DNA from: Draconibacterium sp.
GTDB lineage: Bacteria > Bacteroidota > Bacteroidia > Bacteroidales > Prolixibacteraceae
Direction of reading: 5' to 3'
DNA length: 44,342 nucleotides
Assembly (NCBI GenBank): GCA_021648495.1
Contig: JAKIST010000001.1
Coordinates: forward strand, 1 to 44,342
The notes beneath the pieces are model-generated. The model had not been told where the DNA came from. It saw nothing but the letters and a program-made list of their open reading frames with translations, and searched no databases. Every line of letters starts with the position of its first letter. Positions within the stretch are counted from its first letter, which is position 1. The translations under genes and the position numbers were made by a program. Of this stretch, positions 1-9,065 are shown one piece after another.

Positions 1-125
1 ATTTAAGATTTTTTCGATTACCAAGGCATTTTTCTTTTGTGTAGCCGTAGCTACGGAAAATAAAAATAACGAAGGGAATCGGGAAAAGATAAATTTTGCC
101 ATACGATTTTAATTGTAATAATGTC
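1..125 (+). mobile_element. Long-hairpin MITE-like element E1, left end cut by window edge
   Basis: Central hairpin GTAGC-CGTA-GCTAC (41-54) flanked by CAAGGC and AACGAAG, as in E2 and E5; the surrounding arms are complementary. Right end estimated from E2 geometry. Confidence 0.65.
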
Positions 126-127
126 TA

Positions 128-577
128 TTATAATAAAAGACTTTTCACTTTCATTGAAATATCTTTCCCATCAGCCCTCCCAGCTAATTTCTTTGATGCG
201 ATCCCCATTACTTTCCCCATGTCTTTTATCGAAGATGCACCTGTTTCATCAATTATAGATTTTACAATTGCTGTTAATTCTTCGTCAGAAAGTTTTGCGG
301 GCAGGTATTCTTCAAAAACAGCCACTTGTCCCATTTCAAGTTCATACAAATCTCCCCGGTTTTGTTCTTTATAAATAGCAGCCGAGTCGTTTCCTTGTTT
401 TGCCAATTTGGCAATAATTTTAAGCACGTGTTCATCGCTAAGGACAGCATCGGCTCCCACTGCAGATTTTGCTTCAATCATTACCTTTTTTATATTCCGA
501 AGTGCTTGCAGTTTATCTTTCTCACGGGCTTTCATTGCCGTTACAATGTCTTTGTTTATTTGGTCGGATAGTGCCAT
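128..577 (-). CDS. GatB/YqeY domain protein
   Basis: 149 aa; AMKAREK..L..LR and DMGKVMG..KLAGRADG motifs; usual position after ftsZ in Bacteroidota. Confidence 0.92.
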   Translation of the reverse strand: MALSDQINKDIVTAMKAREKDKLQALRNIKKVMIEAKSAVGADAVLSDEHVLKIIAKLAKQGNDSAAIYKEQNRGDLYELEMGQVAVFEEYLPAKLSDEELTAIVKSIIDETGASSIKDMGKVMGIASKKLAGRADGKDISMKVKSLLL

Positions 578-589
578 AATATTTGTTGT

Positions 590-1987
590 TTAATCTACCT
601 GGTCGTACAAGTAGGAATTTCTATCTGAAATTTTATTGTCTTTTGTTATCGAAAAATCAGAAATCTTTTTTTTGTATTTCGGATCATTCATTCGAATCTG
701 TCTGCGCTGGTATGCAGGGACATTTTCCAATTCATCCACTTCATCGTCACTCATTTCTGAGTAATTGATTGTAACGCTTTGGTCTTCTGGTTTTTCACGT
801 TTTTTTGAGGTGTTTGGGTACAAAGCTTCAAAATCACTTTCCTCTTTTTTCTTCTCTTTAACAATGTCGAATTCGTATGTTTTTTTACCTTTAGAAATCG
901 ATTCACTTTTCTCAGAGTTGTGTTTTTCCAGCATGTCATCTGGCTTTGCATCGTTTTCTATTAACAAATGTTTTTCGCGCTCAGCATTTTTAACCCCTTG
1001 TATTTCAGGAATGTTGCTTGTACTAAACCCAGTAGCTATTACGGTAACCGAAAGATTTTCATCCAGCGACTCTTCTTTTCCATTTCCCCAAATTATGTCG
1101 GCATCAAAACCTGCTTTATTTTGAACAAAATCGGTTATTTGACCAATCTCGGCCATTGTAACCTCGTTTTTCCCGGAGGTAATATTAAGTAAGATATCTT
1201 TCGCTCCACGAATATCATTATTGTTCAACAATGGTGAATTCAGAGCTTTTTCGATAGCCTGCATCGCACGGTTTTCGCCTCCGGCAATTCCTGTTCCCAT
1301 TACCGCCAATCCACTGTTCCGCATTACCGTTTCCACATCGGCAAAATCAACATTTATATAACCATGGACCGTAATTATTTCAGCAATTCCTTTCGCTGCT
1401 GTTGCCAATACATTATCGGCTTTTGCAAAGGCTTCTGAAATCCCAAAATCGCCATACATTTCGCGGATTCGTTCGTTATTTATTACCAATAAAGAATCTA
1501 CATATTTTTCCATTTCTGCAATTCCTTCAATAGCTTGTTTTATTCGTCGCCGACCTTCATTCCGAAATGGGATAGTAACTATTCCAACGGTTAAAAATCC
1601 AGCTTCCCTGCAAGCCTGAGCGATTACCGGTGCTGCACCAGTTCCGGTTCCTCCGCCCATTCCGGCAGTTATAAATACCATTTTTGTTTTTTCGGAAAGC
1701 ACTGTTTTAACGTCTTCAATATTTTCGAGGGCAGATTCTTTTCCAATCTGAGGTTTATTACCTGCACCGCGGCCTTCGGTCAACGAGGCTCCCAATTGCA
1801 CCCTGTTTTGAATCGAGCTTGAATTCATTGCCTGTGCATCGGTGTTACAAATAATAAAATCGACATCGCAAATTCCCTGTTCGTACATGTGGGTTACCGC
1901 ATTTCCGCCGCCGCCGCCTACTCCTATTACTTTTATTTCAGCATCCGGGTTTTTCTGAAATGTAAAGTTTGCCAATTCTTTAGTCAT
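590..1987 (-). CDS. ftsZ: Cell division protein FtsZ, downstream copy with canonical tail
   Basis: GVGGGGGN, GMGGGTGTG, PFRNEGRRR, T7 loop NVDFADV; C-terminal LENVPAYQRR and NSYLYDQVD. Confidence 0.97.
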   Translation of the reverse strand: MTKELANFTFQKNPDAEIKVIGVGGGGGNAVTHMYEQGICDVDFIICNTDAQAMNSSSIQNRVQLGASLTEGRGAGNKPQIGKESALENIEDVKTVLSEKTKMVFITAGMGGGTGTGAAPVIAQACREAGFLTVGIVTIPFRNEGRRRIKQAIEGIAEMEKYVDSLLVINNERIREMYGDFGISEAFAKADNVLATAAKGIAEIITVHGYINVDFADVETVMRNSGLAVMGTGIAGGENRAMQAIEKALNSPLLNNNDIRGAKDILLNITSGKNEVTMAEIGQITDFVQNKAGFDADIIWGNGKEESLDENLSVTVIATGFSTSNIPEIQGVKNAEREKHLLIENDAKPDDMLEKHNSEKSESISKGKKTYEFDIVKEKKKEESDFEALYPNTSKKREKPEDQSVTINYSEMSDDEVDELENVPAYQRRQIRMNDPKYKKKISDFSITKDNKISDRNSYLYDQVD

Positions 1988-2011
1988 TTTTTTATAGTTT
2001 AAGGTTTTGGG

Positions 2012-3328
2012 CTATTCATCCATTGCTTGGTCATCGTCCTCATTAAACAATTTGCCCAAGCCAAAGTTTTTGAAAAACCAGTTGTCCACATTCGACTCCG
2101 AAACCGGTTCATCAATTTTCTCCTTTCGCTTTTCTGTTCGTCTTTTTCGTTTTGAAAAAGAAGATTTTTCTTTTACCACTTTTTCCTTAACCGTAAATAC
2201 TTCATCCATATCTTCTATCGGTTCAAGCTCACCAGGATCTTCTTCCATACCCTTTAAAAAAGGGTTTTCAAAAATATCATCAACAATCCCCTCCACCGGC
2301 TCTTCTTTCAGTTCAAACTTCTCAGGTTCTATTTTGGGTTGAAGAGTTTGATTGGGGTTGGTTACAAATCCGGTTGCCAGAATGGTAACACTTACCTTAT
2401 CACCCAAAGATTCATCGTAGCCGTTTCCCCAAATAATATCGGCTTCCTGTCCTGCTTTTTCCTGCAAGGTTTCAATTATTTCCCCTATTTCGCCAATCCT
2501 GATTTCTTCTTTACCGGAGACAATGTTCAATAATATATTTTTAGTCCCAAAAATATCGTTGCTGTCCAATAGCGGCGATTCCAATGCCTGGTTCACAGCT
2601 TCCATTGCACGGCCTTCGCCCGAAGATAAACCGGTTCCCATAATAAACACTTTACTGTCGTGCATTACCGTATGAACATCGGTATAATCAATATTTACAT
2701 TTCCATGAATCGTAATTATCTCGGCCACTCCTTTTACCGCAGTTGCCACAATGTTGTCAGCCATCTTAAAAGCTTGTCGCGCAGGCAGGTCGCCATAAAT
2801 ATTTTGAAGGCGTTGGTTGCTGATTACCAACATACTGTCCACAAATCCGCCTAATTTCTTAATTCCTTCCATTGCCTGGCCGTATCGTTTTTTACCTTCA
2901 GCGGGCGAAGGGATTGTAACCACCGCAATGGTCAGGATATCTAACTCGCGGGCCAAACTTGCAATAACAGGCGCGGCACCTGTTCCGGTACCTCCTCCCA
3001 TTCCTGCAGTAATGAACAACATTTTAGTATTATCTTGCAATACCGCTTTAATGTCCTCGTAGTTTTCGCGGGCTGACTCCTCTCCCATTTCGGGTTTATT
3101 TCCTGCACCGCGGCCTTCGGTTAAAGTAACACCCAATTGGATTTTAATGGGTACCGGACTTGATTCGAGAGCCTGAGAATCGGTATTGCAAATTAGATAA
3201 TCTACTCCTTTTATTCCCTCTTCGTACATATGACTTACCGCATTGCAGCCACCTCCACCAACGCCAACAACTTTTATAATTGAAGACGACGCCTTTGGAA
3301 ATTCAAAATTCACTAATTCTTCGGTCAT
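2012..3328 (-). CDS. ftsZ: FtsZ paralog, upstream copy with divergent tail
   Basis: GVGGGGCN, GMGGGTGTG, T7 loop NIDYTDV; no PAYxRR tail. Confidence 0.95.
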   Translation of the reverse strand: MTEELVNFEFPKASSSIIKVVGVGGGGCNAVSHMYEEGIKGVDYLICNTDSQALESSPVPIKIQLGVTLTEGRGAGNKPEMGEESARENYEDIKAVLQDNTKMLFITAGMGGGTGTGAAPVIASLARELDILTIAVVTIPSPAEGKKRYGQAMEGIKKLGGFVDSMLVISNQRLQNIYGDLPARQAFKMADNIVATAVKGVAEIITIHGNVNIDYTDVHTVMHDSKVFIMGTGLSSGEGRAMEAVNQALESPLLDSNDIFGTKNILLNIVSGKEEIRIGEIGEIIETLQEKAGQEADIIWGNGYDESLGDKVSVTILATGFVTNPNQTLQPKIEPEKFELKEEPVEGIVDDIFENPFLKGMEEDPGELEPIEDMDEVFTVKEKVVKEKSSFSKRKRRTEKRKEKIDEPVSESNVDNWFFKNFGLGKLFNEDDDQAMDE

Positions 3329-3339
3329 GTCTTTCTATT

Positions 3340-4623
3340 TTAATTCAACAACATATCTTCATTATCATCATCAAATAATCCCAATGCAGTTTGTACAAAC
3401 TTTCCAACAAATGGCATAATCTTACTGTCATTTTTCTTCTTCGGCTTTTTCTGGGTTTTTTGCACAAGAATCGCTGATTTATCCGTCACTAAATTCAATA
3501 ATCCCAGTGCCGTTAAGTTATCAGTGTCTTGTAAATCCTTCCTTTCGCCTTTTGGGCGAAGGGCTAAATTTGCTTTTCGCACGTCCATTCCGGTGCGGAA
3601 TTTCACGAGTGAAACAAAATTGTTCAGGTTCGCAGTTCCTCCGGTCAATACAATTCCCGCACTTAACTGGTTCACAATTCCTGACTTTTCTATTTCTAAA
3701 TTTACAATGTCCATAATTTCGTCCAACCGGGCTTGAATTATATAAGCCAGGCTCCTAAACGAAATTTCTTTCGGTTCATAACCATTTCGCACCGGAATAG
3801 TTACCACCTTTTGGTCATCGGCAAAATCGCCAAGTGCCTCGCCATATCTAATTTTCATTCGTTCTGCCAATTTAAGCAGAATAGAACACCCTTCTTTTAT
3901 ATCTTTTGTAACCACATTTCCTCCAAATGGAATTACAGCAGAATGAACCAACATATTATTTTGAAAAATGGCAAGATTAGATGTTCCAGCGCCAATGTCA
4001 AAAACAATTGCTCCCAACTCCTTTTCTTCTTCCGTAATAACAGCTTCGGAAACGGCAAGTGTGGAGAGTGTTATTTCACCCATTTCAACGCTTGTTTTAT
4101 CAAAAACATGTTGAAGGTTTTTTACGTAATTTTTGGGGATAATTACCAGTTTATAATTGGCAATTATTTCCTGCCCCGTTATTCCTGCTACTTTTAAGTC
4201 AGTAATTTCACCATCAATTTTATATGAAGTTGGGATTACCTGAATGATTTCGTAATCCTGTTCCAATTCAAGCTCTTTGGCTTTGTTGTATAAATTTTCG
4301 ATGTCGAATGCCGAAACAATCCCTTCGTCAGAAGTAAATTTAGAATTCTGATAATCGATTGTTTTCATGTACTGACCAGCGTAAGCAACATTCACTTTTT
4401 TAATTTCCACTTCCAATTGAGGTTCCAATTGAGCTAAAGCCGCATTAATGGAATCAGCTGCTTCGTCAACGTTAAAAACAACGCCCCGTTTTATTCCTTT
4501 TGAAGGCACTTTTGAAACTCCCAAAACCACCAATTTACCCAGCTCGTTTCGCTGGCCTGCAAGGGCAACAATTTTTGATGTGCCAATGTCTATAACAACC
4601 GAAAGATTACTTTTTGAAGCCAT
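3340..4623 (-). CDS. ftsA: Cell division protein FtsA
   Basis: DIGTSK, DIGAGTS and VLTGG actin-fold motifs; located between ftsQ and ftsZ. Confidence 0.95.
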   Translation of the reverse strand: MASKSNLSVVIDIGTSKIVALAGQRNELGKLVVLGVSKVPSKGIKRGVVFNVDEAADSINAALAQLEPQLEVEIKKVNVAYAGQYMKTIDYQNSKFTSDEGIVSAFDIENLYNKAKELELEQDYEIIQVIPTSYKIDGEITDLKVAGITGQEIIANYKLVIIPKNYVKNLQHVFDKTSVEMGEITLSTLAVSEAVITEEEKELGAIVFDIGAGTSNLAIFQNNMLVHSAVIPFGGNVVTKDIKEGCSILLKLAERMKIRYGEALGDFADDQKVVTIPVRNGYEPKEISFRSLAYIIQARLDEIMDIVNLEIEKSGIVNQLSAGIVLTGGTANLNNFVSLVKFRTGMDVRKANLALRPKGERKDLQDTDNLTALGLLNLVTDKSAILVQKTQKKPKKKNDSKIMPFVGKFVQTALGLFDDDNEDMLLN

Positions 4624-4625
4624 AA

Positions 4626-5375
4626 TTATCTTCTTTTTGCTATTACTTGATTATTATATTTCAGACTAACTGTCTTGTATTTGTTCCAATTATTTTTTGC
4701 CAGGACCTGCTCGTAAAATGCTTTCATTTTTCTCAGTTTTTTCTGGTAGTCATCCAATTTTCCAAATTCAATAATGTGTTTGCCAACCAAAGGAGTTAGA
4801 AGCACTTCACCATTCTTTTCAACATAAATTTGCTCAATTTGTGCCCGCCAAAATTCATCGTTTTCAAGATATAAAACAAAAGGCAACAATTGTTTAACCG
4901 CAAATTTCTCGGAAAAATAGCCGGTAGTTGCCAATACGTTTGCAGTGTAATTCGATGAAACAGGAATTTTACCGCCAAACTTATCAAGGTAATAACTTGC
5001 TGTTTCCGACATAATTCTCACCACCGGTTTACGGTGTCTTACTTTTACCGCCAAAACACCTTTAAACGAACTGCTGTCTTTTTCAATCACCGTGTAAACC
5101 TCTGCTTTTAAAATGGCTTCATGCTTTTCAACTGCATGTTCGATCTTGTCGCAATTAATTTGAGTCAATCTTTTACCTACCACTGCATTATCGGCTGCTT
5201 TAACCAATCGAATCAATTCATCTTTGTTCAACTGAATTAATTCATCGCTGCCAAATTCAATATCAATATTTTGGCAAACCACATTTTTACTTTCGGAAGA
5301 GGTAAAAGCAAGCGTTCCGACAATAAAAATTACCAGCACCAAACTACCTGCTATTTTTAACACCTTCCAAAACAT
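4626..5375 (-). CDS. ftsQ: Cell division protein FtsQ/DivIB
   Basis: N-terminal TM segment, C-terminal Y..V.LKYNNQVIA, located between murC and ftsA. Confidence 0.85.
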   Translation of the reverse strand: MFWKVLKIAGSLVLVIFIVGTLAFTSSESKNVVCQNIDIEFGSDELIQLNKDELIRLVKAADNAVVGKRLTQINCDKIEHAVEKHEAILKAEVYTVIEKDSSSFKGVLAVKVRHRKPVVRIMSETASYYLDKFGGKIPVSSNYTANVLATTGYFSEKFAVKQLLPFVLYLENDEFWRAQIEQIYVEKNGEVLLTPLVGKHIIEFGKLDDYQKKLRKMKAFYEQVLAKNNWNKYKTVSLKYNNQVIAKRR

Positions 5376-6763
5376 TAACTTTTATTTTTTAAAATTTCCA
5401 CAATATCATTTGTCATTCTATCAATATCGCCTGCTCCCATTGTCAGCACAATATCATTTTCATTGTTTTGCAACATTTCGAGTGCCTCTTCTTTACCAGC
5501 TAAATGTTTGTTGGCCAAATTCATTTGCTTGAAAATTATTTCAGATGAAACTCCCTTCATTGGTTCTTCGCGTGCCGGATACAACGGAATAATAATCGCT
5601 GAATCGAGCATATCTAAACTTGCTGCAAATTCTCTTGAAAAATCTTTTGTTCGCGAATACAAATGCGGCTGAAAAATTCCGGTAACTTTTCGCTTGGGAT
5701 ACAATGCTTTTACAGATGAAATTACAGCTTTTAACTCTTCGGGGTGATGTGCGTAATCGTCGATATAAACATATTTTTCGTTTTTAAACCGCAGGTCGAA
5801 CCGTCGAACTACTCCCTGATAATTTTCCAAACCAGCTTTAATTTCGTTGGGGTTTGCACCAGCCAAGAAAGCCAGTGCCGAAGCTCCAACAGCATTTTCG
5901 ACATTTACCAATCCCGGATAATTAAGTTTACAATTCGCAATTGTTCCTCCGGGCGTTTTCAAATCGAACTGATAAAACCCACCATCGGTATTTAAGCGCA
6001 GATTTACGGTTGCAAAGTCTGCACCTTCTTTTATTGAATAAGAAAATATTTGCGCTTGTGTTTTGCCGACCGCATTAAAATCTATCCCCTTTTTTATAAC
6101 TAATTTACCACCGGGTTTTATTTGAGAAATAAATTTTTCGAACGACTCTACAACCTTTTCTTTATTACCATAAATATCCAGATGGTCGGCATCGACACTT
6201 GTGATTAAAGCCAGTTGCGGTTTTAAATGCAAAAACGACCTGTCGAATTCATCGGCTTCCACAACAATCCATGGAGACCCGTTTTTCGGCAGCAACAAAT
6301 TGCTTCCGAAATTTTTCGAAATGCCCCCCAAAAATGCACCACAACCAATTGCTGTATTGTTCAAAGTATGTGCAACCATTGTACTCACGGTGGTTTTTCC
6401 ATGCGTTCCGGCCACTGCAATTCCATTTTTTTCGTTGCTGATTAAACCCAATACTTTTGCCCTTTTAAACAATGCAATGGGCTTTTCCATAAACCACGCA
6501 AGTTCTTTATGTTCATCGGGCAATGCAGGCGTATAAACAGCCATCGTTTCTGCCGGGTCCCAATTGCTTGGAATGTTTCGGATATCATCTTCAAAATGTA
6601 CATCAATTCCTTCTGCCTGTAATTTATCGGTGAGCACGGTTTGTGTCCGGTCGTAACCAGCCACATTTCGTCCCGAAAATTTAAAGTAGCGGGCGAGTGC
6701 ACTCATTCCGATTCCACCAATTCCGAGGAAATAAACATTCTTTATATTTTGAAGTCCATTCAT
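5375..6763 (-). CDS. murC: UDP-N-acetylmuramate--L-alanine ligase
   Basis: GIGGIGMSALA, GTHGKTT, EADEFDRSF, DDYAHHP. Confidence 0.97.
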   Translation of the reverse strand: MNGLQNIKNVYFLGIGGIGMSALARYFKFSGRNVAGYDRTQTVLTDKLQAEGIDVHFEDDIRNIPSNWDPAETMAVYTPALPDEHKELAWFMEKPIALFKRAKVLGLISNEKNGIAVAGTHGKTTVSTMVAHTLNNTAIGCGAFLGGISKNFGSNLLLPKNGSPWIVVEADEFDRSFLHLKPQLALITSVDADHLDIYGNKEKVVESFEKFISQIKPGGKLVIKKGIDFNAVGKTQAQIFSYSIKEGADFATVNLRLNTDGGFYQFDLKTPGGTIANCKLNYPGLVNVENAVGASALAFLAGANPNEIKAGLENYQGVVRRFDLRFKNEKYVYIDDYAHHPEELKAVISSVKALYPKRKVTGIFQPHLYSRTKDFSREFAASLDMLDSAIIIPLYPAREEPMKGVSSEIIFKQMNLANKHLAGKEEALEMLQNNENDIVLTMGAGDIDRMTNDIVEILKNKS

Positions 6764-7863
6764 GCTTTTATCAATTTTTCTACCTCGTCAACAATAGTAT
6801 TTGTAGCCCCGGGTTTCGCCAAAGTTTTTATTTTCATCGATAAACTTTCACATCTTTCTGTATCGTTTACTATATCAAATGCAATGGGGAATAATTTCTC
6901 GTCTATCTCATTGTCGCGCACCATCAAAGCCGCATCATTGTTAACCAAAGCCATTGCATTTTTAGTTTGATGATCTTCCGAAACATTTGGGGACGGTATT
7001 AATATTGATGGTTTACCAACCAAACACAACTCCGAAATTGTTCCTGCACCAGCTCTCGAAATTACAACTTGAGCAACTGAATACGCCAAGTCCATTCGAG
7101 TTATAAATTTGTGTATTTGCAAATTACCGGGTTTTTTGCCTTTTAATTTGGCTTCAATTTCATTAAAATAAAATGCGCCGGTTTGCCAAATTACTTTCAC
7201 CCCCGATTTTGAAATTTTTTCGATATTGTTTATTACCGCATTATTAATTGAACGGGCACCTAAACTTCCACCAACAATTAAAATTACTTTGTCCTTTTCG
7301 TTCAATTCGAAATAAACCAGTGCTTTATCTTTATTTGCGCTATCTTGGGTCAAGTTCTCCCGCACTGGATTTCCGGTAAGAATAATTTTCTCTTTCGGAA
7401 AAAAACGTTCCATTTTTTCGTAAGCAACACAAATTGTTTTTACTTTTTTGCTCAATAATTTATTGGTAATCCCGGCATACGAATTTTGTTCCTGAATTAA
7501 GGTTGGAATTCGCATTTTTGCTGCTGCCCTTAAAAGTGGGCCACTGGCAAAGCCACCAACTCCAATTGCAATTTGCGGATTAAACTCCTTCACAATATTT
7601 CGGGCCATGGAAGCGCTTTTCAACAAATTCACAAAAAATTTAAAAATTTTAAGGCTTGGTTTTCGTGGAAACCCCATAACCGGCAAACCAATAATTTTGT
7701 AACCGGCTGCCGGTATTTTTTCCATTTCCATGCGGTCCAAAGCACCAACAAACAATATTTCCACATCGGGATTGCGTTTACTGATTTCGTTTGCAATAGA
7801 CAATGCAGGGAAAATATGCCCCCCGGTTCCACCTCCGCTTAATATAACTCGTTCTATGTTCAT
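6760..7863 (-). CDS. murG: Lipid II GlcNAc transferase MurG
   Basis: GGGTGGHIFPA, EQN, GNPVR, GGSLGA, HQTKNA. Confidence 0.97.
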   Translation of the reverse strand: MNIERVILSGGGTGGHIFPALSIANEISKRNPDVEILFVGALDRMEMEKIPAAGYKIIGLPVMGFPRKPSLKIFKFFVNLLKSASMARNIVKEFNPQIAIGVGGFASGPLLRAAAKMRIPTLIQEQNSYAGITNKLLSKKVKTICVAYEKMERFFPKEKIILTGNPVRENLTQDSANKDKALVYFELNEKDKVILIVGGSLGARSINNAVINNIEKISKSGVKVIWQTGAFYFNEIEAKLKGKKPGNLQIHKFITRMDLAYSVAQVVISRAGAGTISELCLVGKPSILIPSPNVSEDHQTKNAMALVNNDAALMVRDNEIDEKLFPIAFDIVNDTERCESLSMKIKTLAKPGATNTIVDEVEKLIKA

Positions 7864-9065
7864 TTTTCCATTTCGTAATCTTCGTCAGGCGCATTTACCT
7901 GAACGGGTTGTTTTTCAATTTGGTGATCGACCTGCGTTTGATGGCTCACACTTAAAATACATCCAAATGCGATGGAAGTAAAAAGCAGCGATGTACCACC
8001 CAAACTAATCCACGGCAGCGGCTGTCCAGTAACAGGTAAAACCCCGCTTGAAACCCCAATGTTTATCATTGCCTGGTAAACAAGTACCAATGTTAAGCCA
8101 ATTACCACAAACGCCGGAAATGTCCGCGTCGATCGCTGGACAATTACCACGCCCCTGAAAAAGAAAATCAGGTAAAGAAAAATTACCCCGGTGCCAAAAA
8201 TCAGTCCATATTCTTCAACTATAATTGCAAAAATAAAATCGTTATATGCCGCAGCCATGTAATTGCTTACATCCGACTGGCCGGGACCTTTCCCAAAAAT
8301 ACCACCCGAGTAAATTGCCAACTTTGCATAATCAGCCTGCGTAATTCCTTTTTCTGAATTGGGATCGCCATACCAAAAACGATCGATCCGCCCTTTTATA
8401 GTTTGAACACGGGCCGGTGCATCTGGAAAATTATCGGCAACAACGTAAACAAGTACTATTAAAGCAATTCCGGAGGCAACAACCAAAAGCAAATATTTCA
8501 GGGGAATTCTTCCTACAAACATCATGGTCATAATTGTTGCAAAAAGTAATGCTGAGGTTGAGAAATCGGACACAAAAATTAATGAACAAACTATCCCGGT
8601 AAACAGAATAATTTTTTTAAACGCAACAAATAAATCTTTTTTCGTTTTTTGCTTTCTGCCCAATATTTTTGCTGAATAGAGTATCAACGATATTTTTGCC
8701 AACTCGGCCGGCTGGAAAGAGATTATTCCTAAATTCAGGGTCCTGCCACTTCCCCTGATCATTCCGCCCAATTTCATAAATACTGCAAATGCCAGAAGTC
8801 CGATACTTATGTACAACAGATAATTAGCTGCAATGGAATAAATTTTCACAGGAAAAACATTCACCATCAACAATATAATACCCAAGCCCACGCCGAGAAA
8901 AAATATCTGACGTATTAAGTAATACAGTGTATTGCCCGATGCCACACGATATGCCAAAGCACCGGTTGAACTGTAAACAATCAGCAACGACAATAACGAC
9001 AGCAGCAATAATACTATCCAAATTACCCGGTCGCCTTTAAATATTTTTCCGATTGAGGTTTCCAT
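7860..9065 (-). CDS. ftsW: SEDS peptidoglycan polymerase FtsW
   Basis: Multi-TM protein; FQPAELAK, DFIFAII.EE.G, PVTGQPLPWIS.GGTS. Confidence 0.93.
   Translation of the reverse strand: METSIGKIFKGDRVIWIVLLLLSLLSLLIVYSSTGALAYRVASGNTLYYLIRQIFFLGVGLGIILLMVNVFPVKIYSIAANYLLYISIGLLAFAVFMKLGGMIRGSGRTLNLGIISFQPAELAKISLILYSAKILGRKQKTKKDLFVAFKKIILFTGIVCSLIFVSDFSTSALLFATIMTMMFVGRIPLKYLLLVVASGIALIVLVYVVADNFPDAPARVQTIKGRIDRFWYGDPNSEKGITQADYAKLAIYSGGIFGKGPGQSDVSNYMAAAYNDFIFAIIVEEYGLIFGTGVIFLYLIFFFRGVVIVQRSTRTFPAFVVIGLTLVLVYQAMINIGVSSGVLPVTGQPLPWISLGGTSLLFTSIAFGCILSVSHQTQVDHQIEKQPVQVNAPDEDYEMEK

Noticed and set aside
590-3328. ftsZ duplication as an assembly artefact
   Set aside because: The copies differ throughout and have unrelated tails.
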